Positions 9,362 through 18,382 are shown, numbered from the stretch's first letter. The stretch: 64,000 nt of DNA from Candidatus Pelagibacter sp. (GCF_965262185.1 NZ_OZ253498.1:939820-1003819); one strand, 5' to 3'. The notes: generated by a model from the letters alone, not told the origin. Program-made: numbers and translations.

Positions 9362-9959
9362 TAAATTTAAAAATTAAAAATATAATTCCTAATACTATAA
9401 CTATTAAAATTCCAATTATAGTGAACCATTTTGAACCATGCTTCTCCATGAATTCAGTAAATAAGTCACCAAATTTATAAGATAAATAAGCAACAATAAA
9501 AAATCTAAGACTTCTCGAGATTAAACTTACAACAATAAATACAGGTAAACTAAAACCAACAACACCGCTAGCAATAGTGAATGCTTTATAGGGAAGTGGA
9601 GTAAATCCAGCTAGAAAAAGAATACTTAGCCAGGCAAAAAAACCTGATCCTTGAGACAAACTTGTCTTCAAATTTTCTACTTTATTTTCATAACCATAAA
9701 ATTCAATTACATGAATAGCTAAATCATAAAACAAATAACCTAGTAAATATCCAAAAATTCCACCTAAAACTGAAAATAAAGATGCGATTAAAAATATTTT
9801 AAAATATTCTTTTTTTTTAGCAATCACCATAGGAATAATCATTACATCTGGAGGTATCGGAAAAAACGAACTTTCAGTGAAGGAAACAATTCCTAAGTAC
9901 AAATTTGAACTTTTGTGAGCAGCTAAATTTAAACACTTTTTATAAAGACTTTGGAACAT
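9354..9959 (-). CDS. YqaA/DedA-type (SNARE-associated) membrane protein
   Basis: 201 aa polytopic membrane protein with YqaA-like N-terminal SSFFPIPPDVM and a mid-protein GFTPLPYK motif. Confidence 0.65.
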   Translation of the reverse strand: MFQSLYKKCLNLAAHKSSNLYLGIVSFTESSFFPIPPDVMIIPMVIAKKKEYFKIFLIASLFSVLGGIFGYLLGYLFYDLAIHVIEFYGYENKVENLKTSLSQGSGFFAWLSILFLAGFTPLPYKAFTIASGVVGFSLPVFIVVSLISRSLRFFIVAYLSYKFGDLFTEFMEKHGSKWFTIIGILIVIVLGIIFLIFKFNA

Positions 9960-10016
9960 TTTTTGGTTTTAATATAATTTTAGTTCTTATACTATTTAAT
10001 TATAATTTAATTTAAT

Positions 10017-10101
10017 GGGCGAATGGCGGAACTGGTAGACGCGCACGACTCAAAATCGTGTTTCGCAAGAAGTGAGAGTTCGATTCTCTCTTCGCCCACC
10101 A
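10017..10101 (+). tRNA. tRNA-Leu (anticodon CAA), CCA encoded
   Basis: Acceptor stem GGGCGAA/TTCGCCC, anticodon stem cacga/tcgtg with loop CTCAAAA, long variable arm, T-loop GTTCGATTC, 3' ACCA. Confidence 0.93.
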
Positions 10102-10107
10102 AAGTTT

Positions 10108-11805
10108 ATGAATATAAAAAACTATAATAATCTTTTAGAACTATTTTATAATCAGTATACAAAAGAAAAAGCAGATCAAATTTTTCTAAAATCATTAAAA
10201 AATCCAAACGATAAATTTTCTTGGAGAGATACTTATTTGAATATTTTAAAATTAAGCGACGAGCTTAAATCTTTAATTCAAAAAAAAGATAGATGTTTAT
10301 TAATTTCAGAAAATAGACCTGAATGGATGATATCTGATTTAGCGATAATGTTAGCAGGTGGAATTACCGTGCCAGCTTATACCACTTATACCGAAAGAGA
10401 TTATGAATATTTAATTGATGATTGTAATCCATCAGTAATAATTGTCTCAGATCAAGTTCAATATAATAAAATTAAAAATATAATTTCTACAAAGCCATTT
10501 ATAAAAAAGGCTATCACCTTTGATCAAATTGACAGTCAATCAGATACTATATGTATTAAAGATATTTTTCTAAAGAACGATTGTGAAGAGATCGATTTTT
10601 TAAAATTAGAAATTTCAAGAAAAGATGTAGCTTGTATTATTTATACATCAGGAACCCAAGGTAACCCCAAGGGAGTAATGCTTAGTCATGGAGGGATTTT
10701 AAATAATTGTGAAGGTTCTATTTCACTTTTGAAAGAGATAATTTCTTACAAACCTAAATTCCTAACTTGGTTACCATTATCTCATTCTTATGAACACACC
10801 GTACAGTTTGTTCAAATAGCAATAGGTGCTGAAGTTTACTATGCAGAAAGTATAGATAAGTTAATTAAAAATATGGGAGAATGTAGTCCAGATATTATGA
10901 CAGCTGTTCCAAGATTTTATCAGAATCTGTATCAAAAAATTAATTCAACTTTTAATAAAGCTACTGGTTTTAAAAAATCTCTAATAAACAAAATGCTTTA
11001 TCTTGGAGAAAAAGTACTAACCAATCAAAAACTTACTTTTTTTGAAAAAGTGCAAAATACGATTTGTGAAAAAATAGTTAGAAAAAAAATAAAAGCTCAA
11101 TTTGGAGGTTCTTTAAAAGCATTTATTTCTGGAGGAGGTGCGCTAGATAAAGAAGTAGGGGTTTTTTTAAATTCGATAGGTTTACCTACTTTGCAAGGGT
11201 ATGGTTTAACAGAAACTTCTCCAGTTGTAAGTTGTAACCCGATAAAAGATATAAGGATAGATACTGTAGGTCCTGCTTTTAGTAGTAATGAAGTAAAAAT
11301 TGCTGATGATGGTGAAATTCTGGTTAAAGGTGAAAATGTTATGTTAGGCTATTGGAATAAAAAAGATGAGACCGCAAAAGTCTTAAAGGATGGCTGGTTA
11401 TATACTGGAGATATAGGGCATTTTGAAAATGGTTACTTAAAAATCACTGATAGAAAAAAAGATATTTTAATTACACCAGGTGGTGACAATATCTCTCCTG
11501 TGAAAATTGAAAATGACTTACTTAAGATTCAATTTGTAGAGCAAGCATTAGTTTATGGAGATAACAAACCATATTTAATAGCCATTTTAGTTTTAAATAA
11601 TAATGAAAGTAGTGTGTTAGATGAAAATATTACAAAAGAAATAGAAACAATAAATAAAAATTTATCGAAGATAGAAAAAATTAAAAAGTTTTTTGTAGTT
11701 AAAGATCAATTTACAATTGAAAATGGATTAATGACACCAACTTTAAAGTTAAAAAGATATAAAATTATTGAAAAGTATAAAAGTGAAATAGAAAAACTTT
11801 ATTAA
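10108..11805 (+). CDS. AMP-dependent synthetase/ligase (long-chain fatty acid-CoA ligase-like)
   Basis: AMP-binding signature IIYTSGTQGNPKGVMLSH, plus GYGLTETS and the late TPTLKLKR. The start is set at the Met after the tRNA (MNIKNYNN...) because the 10072 start lies inside tRNA-Leu. Confidence 0.85.
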   Translation: MNIKNYNNLLELFYNQYTKEKADQIFLKSLKNPNDKFSWRDTYLNILKLSDELKSLIQKKDRCLLISENRPEWMISDLAIMLAGGITVPAYTTYTERDYEYLIDDCNPSVIIVSDQVQYNKIKNIISTKPFIKKAITFDQIDSQSDTICIKDIFLKNDCEEIDFLKLEISRKDVACIIYTSGTQGNPKGVMLSHGGILNNCEGSISLLKEIISYKPKFLTWLPLSHSYEHTVQFVQIAIGAEVYYAESIDKLIKNMGECSPDIMTAVPRFYQNLYQKINSTFNKATGFKKSLINKMLYLGEKVLTNQKLTFFEKVQNTICEKIVRKKIKAQFGGSLKAFISGGGALDKEVGVFLNSIGLPTLQGYGLTETSPVVSCNPIKDIRIDTVGPAFSSNEVKIADDGEILVKGENVMLGYWNKKDETAKVLKDGWLYTGDIGHFENGYLKITDRKKDILITPGGDNISPVKIENDLLKIQFVEQALVYGDNKPYLIAILVLNNNESSVLDENITKEIETINKNLSKIEKIKKFFVVKDQFTIENGLMTPTLKLKRYKIIEKYKSEIEKLY

Positions 11806-12005
11806 ATTTCTTTAAATTAAGAGTTTATTTACCGCATAAACACTAACTAAATTAATAAAAAAATTTTTTATAAAAAAATAAAAAATAAAAAATAATTTTT
11901 TTAAAATTCGTTTTTAATTAATGATTTGACATAAGTTGTATAAAAAAATAAAAATAAGTTAACAGCGAATCAATTTGATTCGTTAAACTAAAAAGGGAGC
12001 TAAAG

Positions 12006-12101
12006 ATGCCTAAGAAAAGAAAAAAAGCGGCAAAGAAAACTAAGAAAAAAGCTAAGAAAAAAGCTAAGAAAGCTAAAAAAGCTAAGAAAAGAAGAAGATA
12101 A
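12006..12101 (+). CDS. 31-aa polycationic Lys/Ala-rich micro-protein (hypothetical; not in the ORF track)
   Basis: ATG at 12006 is preceded by aaaaGGGAGctaaag (SD-like, 6-nt spacer). The product is MPKKRKKAAKKTKKKAKKKAKKAKKAKKRRR, with TAA at 12099-12101. A strong hairpin terminator follows. Confidence 0.45.
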   Translation: MPKKRKKAAKKTKKKAKKKAKKAKKAKKRRR

Positions 12102-12124
12102 TAACTTAGTATTCTTTACAAAAA

Positions 12125-12164
12125 ACGCTTCTCATAACTTTTCGTGTGAGAGGCGTTTTTTTTT
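12125..12164. terminator. bidirectional rho-independent terminator shared by the poly-K ORF (+) and carD (-)
   Basis: 10-bp stem acgcttctca/tgagaggcgt (one G-U pair), flanked by an A-run on the 5' side and a T9 run on the 3' side. It therefore reads as a terminator on both strands. Confidence 0.75.
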
Positions 12165-13005
12165 ATTCGTCTAAAGGTTCGTCAGTTTCAGAAATAGGTT
12201 CTTCGACAGGTAAATCAGCAGTTGGAGTTTTAGAAGTAGCGCTAATTCCTTGTGTTTGTCCACCAACATTTCTCTTTAATGCTTTATCTAATTTTTTTTG
12301 AGTGTCTTCTGGTGATAAATTTAAAATTATCTGAAATTCTGACTGCATTCTTTCATAAGCTTTTTCAAAAAGTTGTCTTTCACTATAAGATTGATCAACC
12401 ATAAGATCGTCACCCTTGTTTAGATCTCTTACAACTTCAGCTAATTCATAAATTTTACCTGATGAAATTTTTGCCTCATATTCTTGTGCTCTTCTACTCC
12501 ACATTGATCTTTTGATTTTTGGCTTACTTTTTAATATAGAAATACATTTGTTTACTTGATTAATTGTTGCTAAAGGCCTTAGGTGAGACTGTTTGTTAAC
12601 TGGTACCATACCATTAGCTTTATCTTTTTCAAATTTGACAATGTATGTTTCAACATCAATACCACCGATATTTATTTTTTTAAATTCTGTAATCTGACCA
12701 ACACCATGTTTTGGATAAACAACATAATCTTTAATTTTAAATTCTCTTTTTTCAGTTTCTTGTTTTTTTACTTTTTTTATCTCAGGTTTAACCTCATTAG
12801 TTTTTGATATTCTTAAATTATCTACTTTCGGTTCATCTGGTGTTTCAGTAGTTTTTGAAACTTTTTTTATTTTAGGAGATTTATTTGGAATTTTTTTTAA
12901 TACTTTTTTAGGTTTTTTTACTACTACTTTTTTAACTTTTTTAGTTTTAGGTTTTACGACTTTTTTAACTTTAGTTACTTTTTTCTTTTTAACTTTTTTT
13001 GCCAT
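12163..13005 (-). CDS. carD: CarD/CdnL family RNA-polymerase-binding regulator with lysine-rich N-terminal extension
   Basis: CarD_TRCF core FKIKDYVVYPKHGVGQITEF...VPV...LRPL, then the C-terminal helical domain (SWSRRAQEY..., ERQL). The start is uncertain. Met at 13005 avoids overlap with fdxA. In-frame Mets at 13068 and 13110 would overlap fdxA by 44 and 86 nt. Confidence 0.85.
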   Translation of the reverse strand: MAKKVKKKKVTKVKKVVKPKTKKVKKVVVKKPKKVLKKIPNKSPKIKKVSKTTETPDEPKVDNLRISKTNEVKPEIKKVKKQETEKREFKIKDYVVYPKHGVGQITEFKKINIGGIDVETYIVKFEKDKANGMVPVNKQSHLRPLATINQVNKCISILKSKPKIKRSMWSRRAQEYEAKISSGKIYELAEVVRDLNKGDDLMVDQSYSERQLFEKAYERMQSEFQIILNLSPEDTQKKLDKALKRNVGGQTQGISATSKTPTADLPVEEPISETDEPLDE

Positions 13006-13024
13006 TTCTTTATCTGATTTGCCT

Positions 13025-13351
13025 TTAAAGATTTTCTTTAAAATACTTTTCGTACTTATTTTGCTCATTTTTAAATTTTTCGTGATCCGCAGGGGGATCT
13101 TTTTTCTCACTTATATTCGGCCAGATTTCTGAATACTTTTTATTGATCTCTAACCATTTTTCGCTTCCAGGTTCAGTATCTGCTTTTATAGCATCAACTG
13201 GGCACTCTGGCTCACAAACGCCACAATCTATACACTCATCCGGTTTAATTACAAGCATATTTTTACCTTCATAAAAACAATCAACCGGACAAACTTCTAC
13301 ACAATCAGTAAGTTTACATTTAATGCAATTATCGTTTACAATATAAGTCAC
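13025..13351 (-). CDS. fdxA: ferredoxin, FdxA type ([4Fe-4S][3Fe-4S])
   Basis: 108 aa with [29 protein letters not shown] and [16 protein letters not shown] cysteine clusters. Confidence 0.93.
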   Translation of the reverse strand: MTYIVNDNCIKCKLTDCVEVCPVDCFYEGKNMLVIKPDECIDCGVCEPECPVDAIKADTEPGSEKWLEINKKYSEIWPNISEKKDPPADHEKFKNEQNKYEKYFKENL

Positions 13352-13764
13352 TCTTTATTTTCCTGTTTTACTCTATGCTTAATATCCCCCATAGTTTTAC
13401 TGTCAATGTATAAAAGTCCCGCTAATCTTCTCATGAGATTTGTTTCATACATATCAGCATCTTCATTAGAATAAATAATTGACCAAAGAGCTTCCACTAT
13501 TTTAATTTTATCTTTTTCAGGTAAATTTTTAATTTCTCTTGTGAAGTCTAAAATTTGGTTTGAATTTTCCTCAATAATTTTTGCATCTTGGATAGTTTTT
13601 GAGATTTTTTCACTTTCAAGGCCCAACTCTAGAAGTGTTTTTTTAATTATTTCCTCTTCTTTGACAGTATAATTTTCATCTATTTTTGCAGCATGGATCA
13701 ATAAAGCACAAACTTTTACTATAAAATTATTCTCTTCTTTTTTATCTGTCTTTTTAAAAAACAT
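13348..13764 (-). CDS. TerB-like (tellurite-resistance TerB/DjlA N-domain fold) protein
   Basis: 138 aa, all-helical, with [16 protein letters not shown] and a second ...[16 protein letters not shown] repeat typical of the TerB family. Overlaps the fdxA start by 4 nt. Confidence 0.55.
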   Translation of the reverse strand: MFFKKTDKKEENNFIVKVCALLIHAAKIDENYTVKEEEIIKKTLLELGLESEKISKTIQDAKIIEENSNQILDFTREIKNLPEKDKIKIVEALWSIIYSNEDADMYETNLMRRLAGLLYIDSKTMGDIKHRVKQENKE

Positions 13765-13768
13765 AAAA

Positions 13769-16246
13769 TTAACCTAACTTGAGATTTTTAAGAACTTTAA
13801 ATGGATTTTCGTTTGAAACTTTTTTGTTCTGTATCTTTTTAAATTTTTTAACAGGATTATATTTAAAAAACATTTCTTGTTCTTTCTCATAAGTTTTATA
13901 ACCCATTTTTTGTAATAATTTTTTAAAGTTCTCTTTGCTACATCCTAAAAGATTTAACATTTCAGGTATCATTTTTATTTCACTATTTTCTTTTGAAGTA
14001 GCATTAATTATTTGTACAAAGAGTCTTTCAAGAATATCTATTCTTACAAAAAGATTATCAAATTTTTCAAATCCACAGAGAAGCATAAAGTTTTTATTTT
14101 GAGAATGTTTATCTTCTAAAAAATTTAATCCAAAAGTTGGTGGTTTTAAATTATAGAATTTTTGATGAAAATTTTTCCACAATAAGGTTCTTAAAGATAC
14201 AGCATCTGGTTTTATAAGTTGATAAAGGAATACATGGTATCTTCCAAATTTCACACCCAATTCTCTTAATACTTTTCTATCTATTTGTTCAAGATTTTTT
14301 AAATAATCAGAAACATGTTCTCTTTTTAAAACACCATTATTTTCATAAAGCTGATAAGCCAAAGCCTTAATTGAAGATTTATCCTCTTTAATGTTTTTTA
14401 AATCGATTAAACTTTTCAAGACATTATTTATTTTAGAGTTTAGCCATTTTTGAATAAAATCATTTAGTTTTTGTTTTGGATTTTGTTCAATAATGTCATC
14501 AACAACTAAAGTAAAATTAGGACTTAAATAATCATTACCTGGTAACAGCCTAGCAATTGGAAAATCATTCCAATATATTTTAAAATCCTCTTTTAAATCT
14601 ATTAATCCTGTGTCTATAATTGATTGAATTCTTTTATCAAACTCAGGTCCAATTGATTGTCTAGCAGCTTTTTTTAATGACTTGATATCGGTTTCCAGAG
14701 AGCCTTTTTTTAAATCTAATTCTAATTTCAAACCTTTGATCTTACCAATAAACTGATCATCTATTTTAACGTCATTGTTCTGTAGTATTTCAGTTTTAAA
14801 TTCCATGTCTTGTTTTAAACCTCTTGCAAGTATACTTGCTCTTTTGTCGATAAAAGTCTTGGTAAGTTCTTCATGAAGTCTTTCTGAAAGTCTATCTTCT
14901 AAATGTTTTGTTTTTTCTATCCAATAATTTTGATTTTCTACCCAATTATTTTTATTTGAAACATAAGACCAAGTTCTTACATTTGCAATTCTATTTGATA
15001 AAGAATCTACATTTCCCTCTAATTTATCTAGTTTCATGAGCTGTAATCTCATGTAAGCATCTGAAATCAGACCTTTTTCACTGTTTAAAAATTTAAAAAC
15101 ATTTCTGATCACTTCATAATGATTGCCGTAGGTTTTTTTAACAAAATCAGGTATCTGACAACATTCCCATAATAATTTAAGTGTTCTTTCGTTAAATTCT
15201 ATATTATTTTTTTCATCTTTTATAAAATATTTTAGCGCTCTTTCGTCCTCACATTCGTGAACTTTTCTTAACCATTCCATCTGCGGTCTTTCTTCAAGAC
15301 TTTTAATTAGTGAATTTGAGTTGTTAAAGTTAAGATTTGAATTTCTCCAGAACAAAGTTTTAATTTCCTCAAATTTATGTCCTTCAATTAATTCTACTTC
15401 TTCAGGGGAAATTTCTTTGCAATCACCAGTAATTCCAAAACCACCATCATTTAAATATCTTCCAGCTCTTCCTGCTATTTGACCTATTTCAGATAAATTT
15501 AATTTTCTTAATTTTTTTCCATCAAATTTTTTAAGGTTTGAAAAAAATACATAATCTAGATCCATATTTATTCCCATTCCGATAGCGTCAGTGGCTACTA
15601 AAAAATCGACATCTCCAGATTGATAAAGCTCTACTTGAGCATTTCTCGTTTTAGGACTTAATGAACCCATAACGATAGCTGCCCCACCCTTTTGTCTTCT
15701 TATTAATTCTGCTATTGCATAAACTTCCTCTGCTGAAAAAGCTATGATTGCAGTTTTTCTATTTATTCTTGATATTTTTTTATGTCCGGCATATGTGAGT
15801 TTTGATAATCTATCTCTATTAATAAATTCTATATCTTCGTTTAATTTAGATATTATGTTTTTAATAGTACTAGATCCCATTAACATTGTGAGTTTTTCAC
15901 CTCTTAAATTTAATAGCCTATCTGTAAATATGTGACCTCTTTCATGATCTGCACACATTTGGATTTCATCTATGCCCACAAATTCTAAATGCTTTTCAAT
16001 AGGCATAGACTCGACTGTGCATAAATAATATTTTGCATTTGCAGGAATTATTTTTTCTTCACCAGTTATTAAAGCAACTTTGTCTATACTTATTTTTTTT
16101 ATTATTTTATCGTAAACCTCTCTTGCTAATAATCTTAATGGGAACCCAATCATTCCGCTGTCAAAAGATAGCATTGTGTCAATTGCAAGATGAGTTTTAC
16201 CTGTATTTGTTGGACCAAGAACAGCTGTAATTTTATTTTTAGGCAT
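13769..16246 (-). CDS. SUV3-like superfamily-2 ATP-dependent helicase
   Basis: 825 aa with Walker A GPTNTGKTH, motif II GIDEIQM, VATDAIGMGIN, QIAGRAGR and a long helical C-terminal region. Confidence 0.8.
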   Translation of the reverse strand: MPKNKITAVLGPTNTGKTHLAIDTMLSFDSGMIGFPLRLLAREVYDKIIKKISIDKVALITGEEKIIPANAKYYLCTVESMPIEKHLEFVGIDEIQMCADHERGHIFTDRLLNLRGEKLTMLMGSSTIKNIISKLNEDIEFINRDRLSKLTYAGHKKISRINRKTAIIAFSAEEVYAIAELIRRQKGGAAIVMGSLSPKTRNAQVELYQSGDVDFLVATDAIGMGINMDLDYVFFSNLKKFDGKKLRKLNLSEIGQIAGRAGRYLNDGGFGITGDCKEISPEEVELIEGHKFEEIKTLFWRNSNLNFNNSNSLIKSLEERPQMEWLRKVHECEDERALKYFIKDEKNNIEFNERTLKLLWECCQIPDFVKKTYGNHYEVIRNVFKFLNSEKGLISDAYMRLQLMKLDKLEGNVDSLSNRIANVRTWSYVSNKNNWVENQNYWIEKTKHLEDRLSERLHEELTKTFIDKRASILARGLKQDMEFKTEILQNNDVKIDDQFIGKIKGLKLELDLKKGSLETDIKSLKKAARQSIGPEFDKRIQSIIDTGLIDLKEDFKIYWNDFPIARLLPGNDYLSPNFTLVVDDIIEQNPKQKLNDFIQKWLNSKINNVLKSLIDLKNIKEDKSSIKALAYQLYENNGVLKREHVSDYLKNLEQIDRKVLRELGVKFGRYHVFLYQLIKPDAVSLRTLLWKNFHQKFYNLKPPTFGLNFLEDKHSQNKNFMLLCGFEKFDNLFVRIDILERLFVQIINATSKENSEIKMIPEMLNLLGCSKENFKKLLQKMGYKTYEKEQEMFFKYNPVKKFKKIQNKKVSNENPFKVLKNLKLG

Positions 16247-16343
16247 TTCTATCTTTGGTGTATAATTTTTTTTACCTACCAGATATTGTTAGTGCTAAAG
16301 AACAAAAATAGACTAAAACATGACCGAATCGGAGGGTAAAAAG

Positions 16344-16373
16344 TTCTCATTTTTATATTAATATTAATGAGAA
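16344..16373. promoter_or_regulatory. 30-bp imperfect palindrome in divergent promoter region (candidate operator)
   Basis: ttctcatt-N14-aatgagaa. The outer 8 bp are perfect and the inner tat/ata also pairs. It lies 48 bp upstream of the 16421 ATG. Confidence 0.3.
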
Positions 16374-16420
16374 TATCATAGTTGAGATTAATTCTATAAT
16401 AGTAATTTAATAAAATAAAA

Positions 16421-18382
16421 ATGACCAATAAACTTTGGGAAGCATCTTTAAAAGAGAAAAAAAAATCAAATCTTTATGCTTTCGAGAAATTTATTTCAAA
16501 TAAAATAAAAAAAAAATTTAATTTAAACTTTAAATCTTTTTTAAATTGGACTGTTAAAAATTCACCTGAGTTTTGGAACTATTTCTGGGAATTTTCAGAA
16601 ATTAAAGGATTAAAAAGTAAAAAAAAAATTAAAAAATCAAAAGTATTTTATAAAAATTTATTCTTACCCGGTAGCAGGTTAAATTTTGCCGAGAATTTAT
16701 TATCAAAAAACAATGATGATAAGGCAATTACTTTTATAAGCGAAAGTGGCTTTAGAGAAGAAAAATCTTGGAGAGAATTAAATTTAAATACAGGCAAAGT
16801 TGTAAAGTTTTTAAAACAAATTAAAACTAAAAAAGGAGACAGAGTTGCAGCTTATATGCCAAATACTATCGAGACAGTTGAAGCTTTTATAGCAGCTAGT
16901 GCTATAGGAAGTATTTGGTCCTCATGTAGCCCTGATTTTGGTATTAAAGGTGTTGTTGAAAGATTTTCTCAAATCAATCCAAAAGTTTTGTTTATTACAG
17001 ATCAGTATTTTTACAATGGGAAAAAAATTAATGTATTAAAGAGATTACCTGAAATTTTAAAATCTGTTCCGTCAATTAAAAAAGTTGTGATTGTTAATTA
17101 TCCTGGAAAGAAATATGTCACTAATAAAAGTACATATAAGAAAATAAAGTTAATTAAATGGGGTGAGATTATTCAAAATCAATCAGAAAAAATAAATTTC
17201 AAAAAGTATGATTTTGAAAGTGAGTTGGCTATTTTATATTCAAGTGGAACAACTGGAAAACCAAAATGTATTTGCCACAGAACTGGTGGAGTTCTTCTTC
17301 AGCATAAGAAAGAACACCAATTACATTGCGATATAAAAGAAAATGATAATGTGTTTTATTTTACCACTTGTGGATGGATGATGTGGAATTGGTTAGTTAG
17401 CTCATTAGCTTCAAAGGCATCAATAGTACTTTTTGATGGTTCTCCAATGTATAAATCAAGTGATTTACTTTTAAAAATAGCACAAAGAGAAAAAATTACT
17501 CTGTTTGGAATTAGTGCTAAATATATTGATGCTCTAAGAAAATTAGAACCTAATCTTAAATTTAAATATAAACTTCAAAAACTAAAAACAATATGTTCAA
17601 CAGGTTCTCCTTTATCAAGAGAAGGTTTTAAATATGTTTACAAAAATATTAAAAAGAAAGTTCATCTCTCATCTATTTCGGGTGGTACAGATATTCTATC
17701 GTGTTTTGTTTTAGGAAATATATATCAGCCAGTAAATATTGGTGAAATACAAAATTCCGGTTTAGGTTTAGACGTTGATGTCTTTAATGATAGAGGCAAA
17801 TCTTTAAAAAATTCTAAAGGTGAACTTGTTTGTAAAAATCCATTTCCATCAATGCCTCTTAAATTTTGGAATGATAAAAATGACGTAAAATTTAAAAAAG
17901 CTTACTTCAATAGATATAAAAATACTTGGCATCATGGTGATTATGCTGAAAGAAAAAATACCGATGGTTTTATTATACATGGAAGATCTGACACTACCCT
18001 TAATCCAGGAGGTGTAAGACTTGGTACTGCTGAAATATATTCTGAGGTTGAAAAGTTTAAAGAAATAAAAGAAGCACTAGTAGTTGGTCAATCTTGGGAT
18101 AATGATATAAGAATAATTCTTTTCGTTGTAATGAGCAATGAATACGTACTTAATGATTCTTTACTTGATAGAATAAAAAATCAAATAAAAATAAATGCAT
18201 CACCAAGACATGTCCCTAGTAAAGTAATTGTTGTAAAAGATATTCCAAGAACTAAAAGTGGTAAAATTGTTGAGCTTGCAGTTAAAAGCACTATAGAAGG
18301 AAGTGCTGTTAAAAATAAAGAAGCTTTAGCAAACCCAGAAGTTTTAAAACAATACAAAAATTTGAAACAGTTAAGTTATTAA
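16421..18382 (+). CDS. acetoacetyl-CoA synthetase (acetoacetate-CoA ligase)
   Basis: 653 aa with the AMP-binding motif ILYSSGTTGKPKCICH, the late SGKIVELAVK, and the acetoacetyl-CoA synthetase-type N-terminus (LWEAS...FEKF...FWNYFWEFS). Confidence 0.85.
   Translation: MTNKLWEASLKEKKKSNLYAFEKFISNKIKKKFNLNFKSFLNWTVKNSPEFWNYFWEFSEIKGLKSKKKIKKSKVFYKNLFLPGSRLNFAENLLSKNNDDKAITFISESGFREEKSWRELNLNTGKVVKFLKQIKTKKGDRVAAYMPNTIETVEAFIAASAIGSIWSSCSPDFGIKGVVERFSQINPKVLFITDQYFYNGKKINVLKRLPEILKSVPSIKKVVIVNYPGKKYVTNKSTYKKIKLIKWGEIIQNQSEKINFKKYDFESELAILYSSGTTGKPKCICHRTGGVLLQHKKEHQLHCDIKENDNVFYFTTCGWMMWNWLVSSLASKASIVLFDGSPMYKSSDLLLKIAQREKITLFGISAKYIDALRKLEPNLKFKYKLQKLKTICSTGSPLSREGFKYVYKNIKKKVHLSSISGGTDILSCFVLGNIYQPVNIGEIQNSGLGLDVDVFNDRGKSLKNSKGELVCKNPFPSMPLKFWNDKNDVKFKKAYFNRYKNTWHHGDYAERKNTDGFIIHGRSDTTLNPGGVRLGTAEIYSEVEKFKEIKEALVVGQSWDNDIRIILFVVMSNEYVLNDSLLDRIKNQIKINASPRHVPSKVIVVKDIPRTKSGKIVELAVKSTIEGSAVKNKEALANPEVLKQYKNLKQLSY

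Noticed and set aside
10072-10107. ORF-track start of the acyl-CoA ligase at 10072 (MRVRFSLRPPKF...).
   Set aside because: These codons lie inside tRNA-Leu (10017-10101). The Met at 10108 gives a normal N-terminus.
12006-12101. Poly-lysine ORF as a regulatory leader peptide (ribosome stalling on A-runs) for a downstream gene.
   Set aside because: A strong terminator follows immediately, and the next gene (carD) is on the opposite strand, so there is nothing downstream to attenuate.
16261-16360. Perfect TATAAT at 16261-16266, and a 13-codon ORF (atgaccgaatcggagggt... from 16319) upstream of the acetoacetyl-CoA synthetase.
   Set aside because: No acceptable -35 lies at 16-18 bp. TATAAT is expected by chance at this AT content. 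The mini-ORF has no SD or other support.
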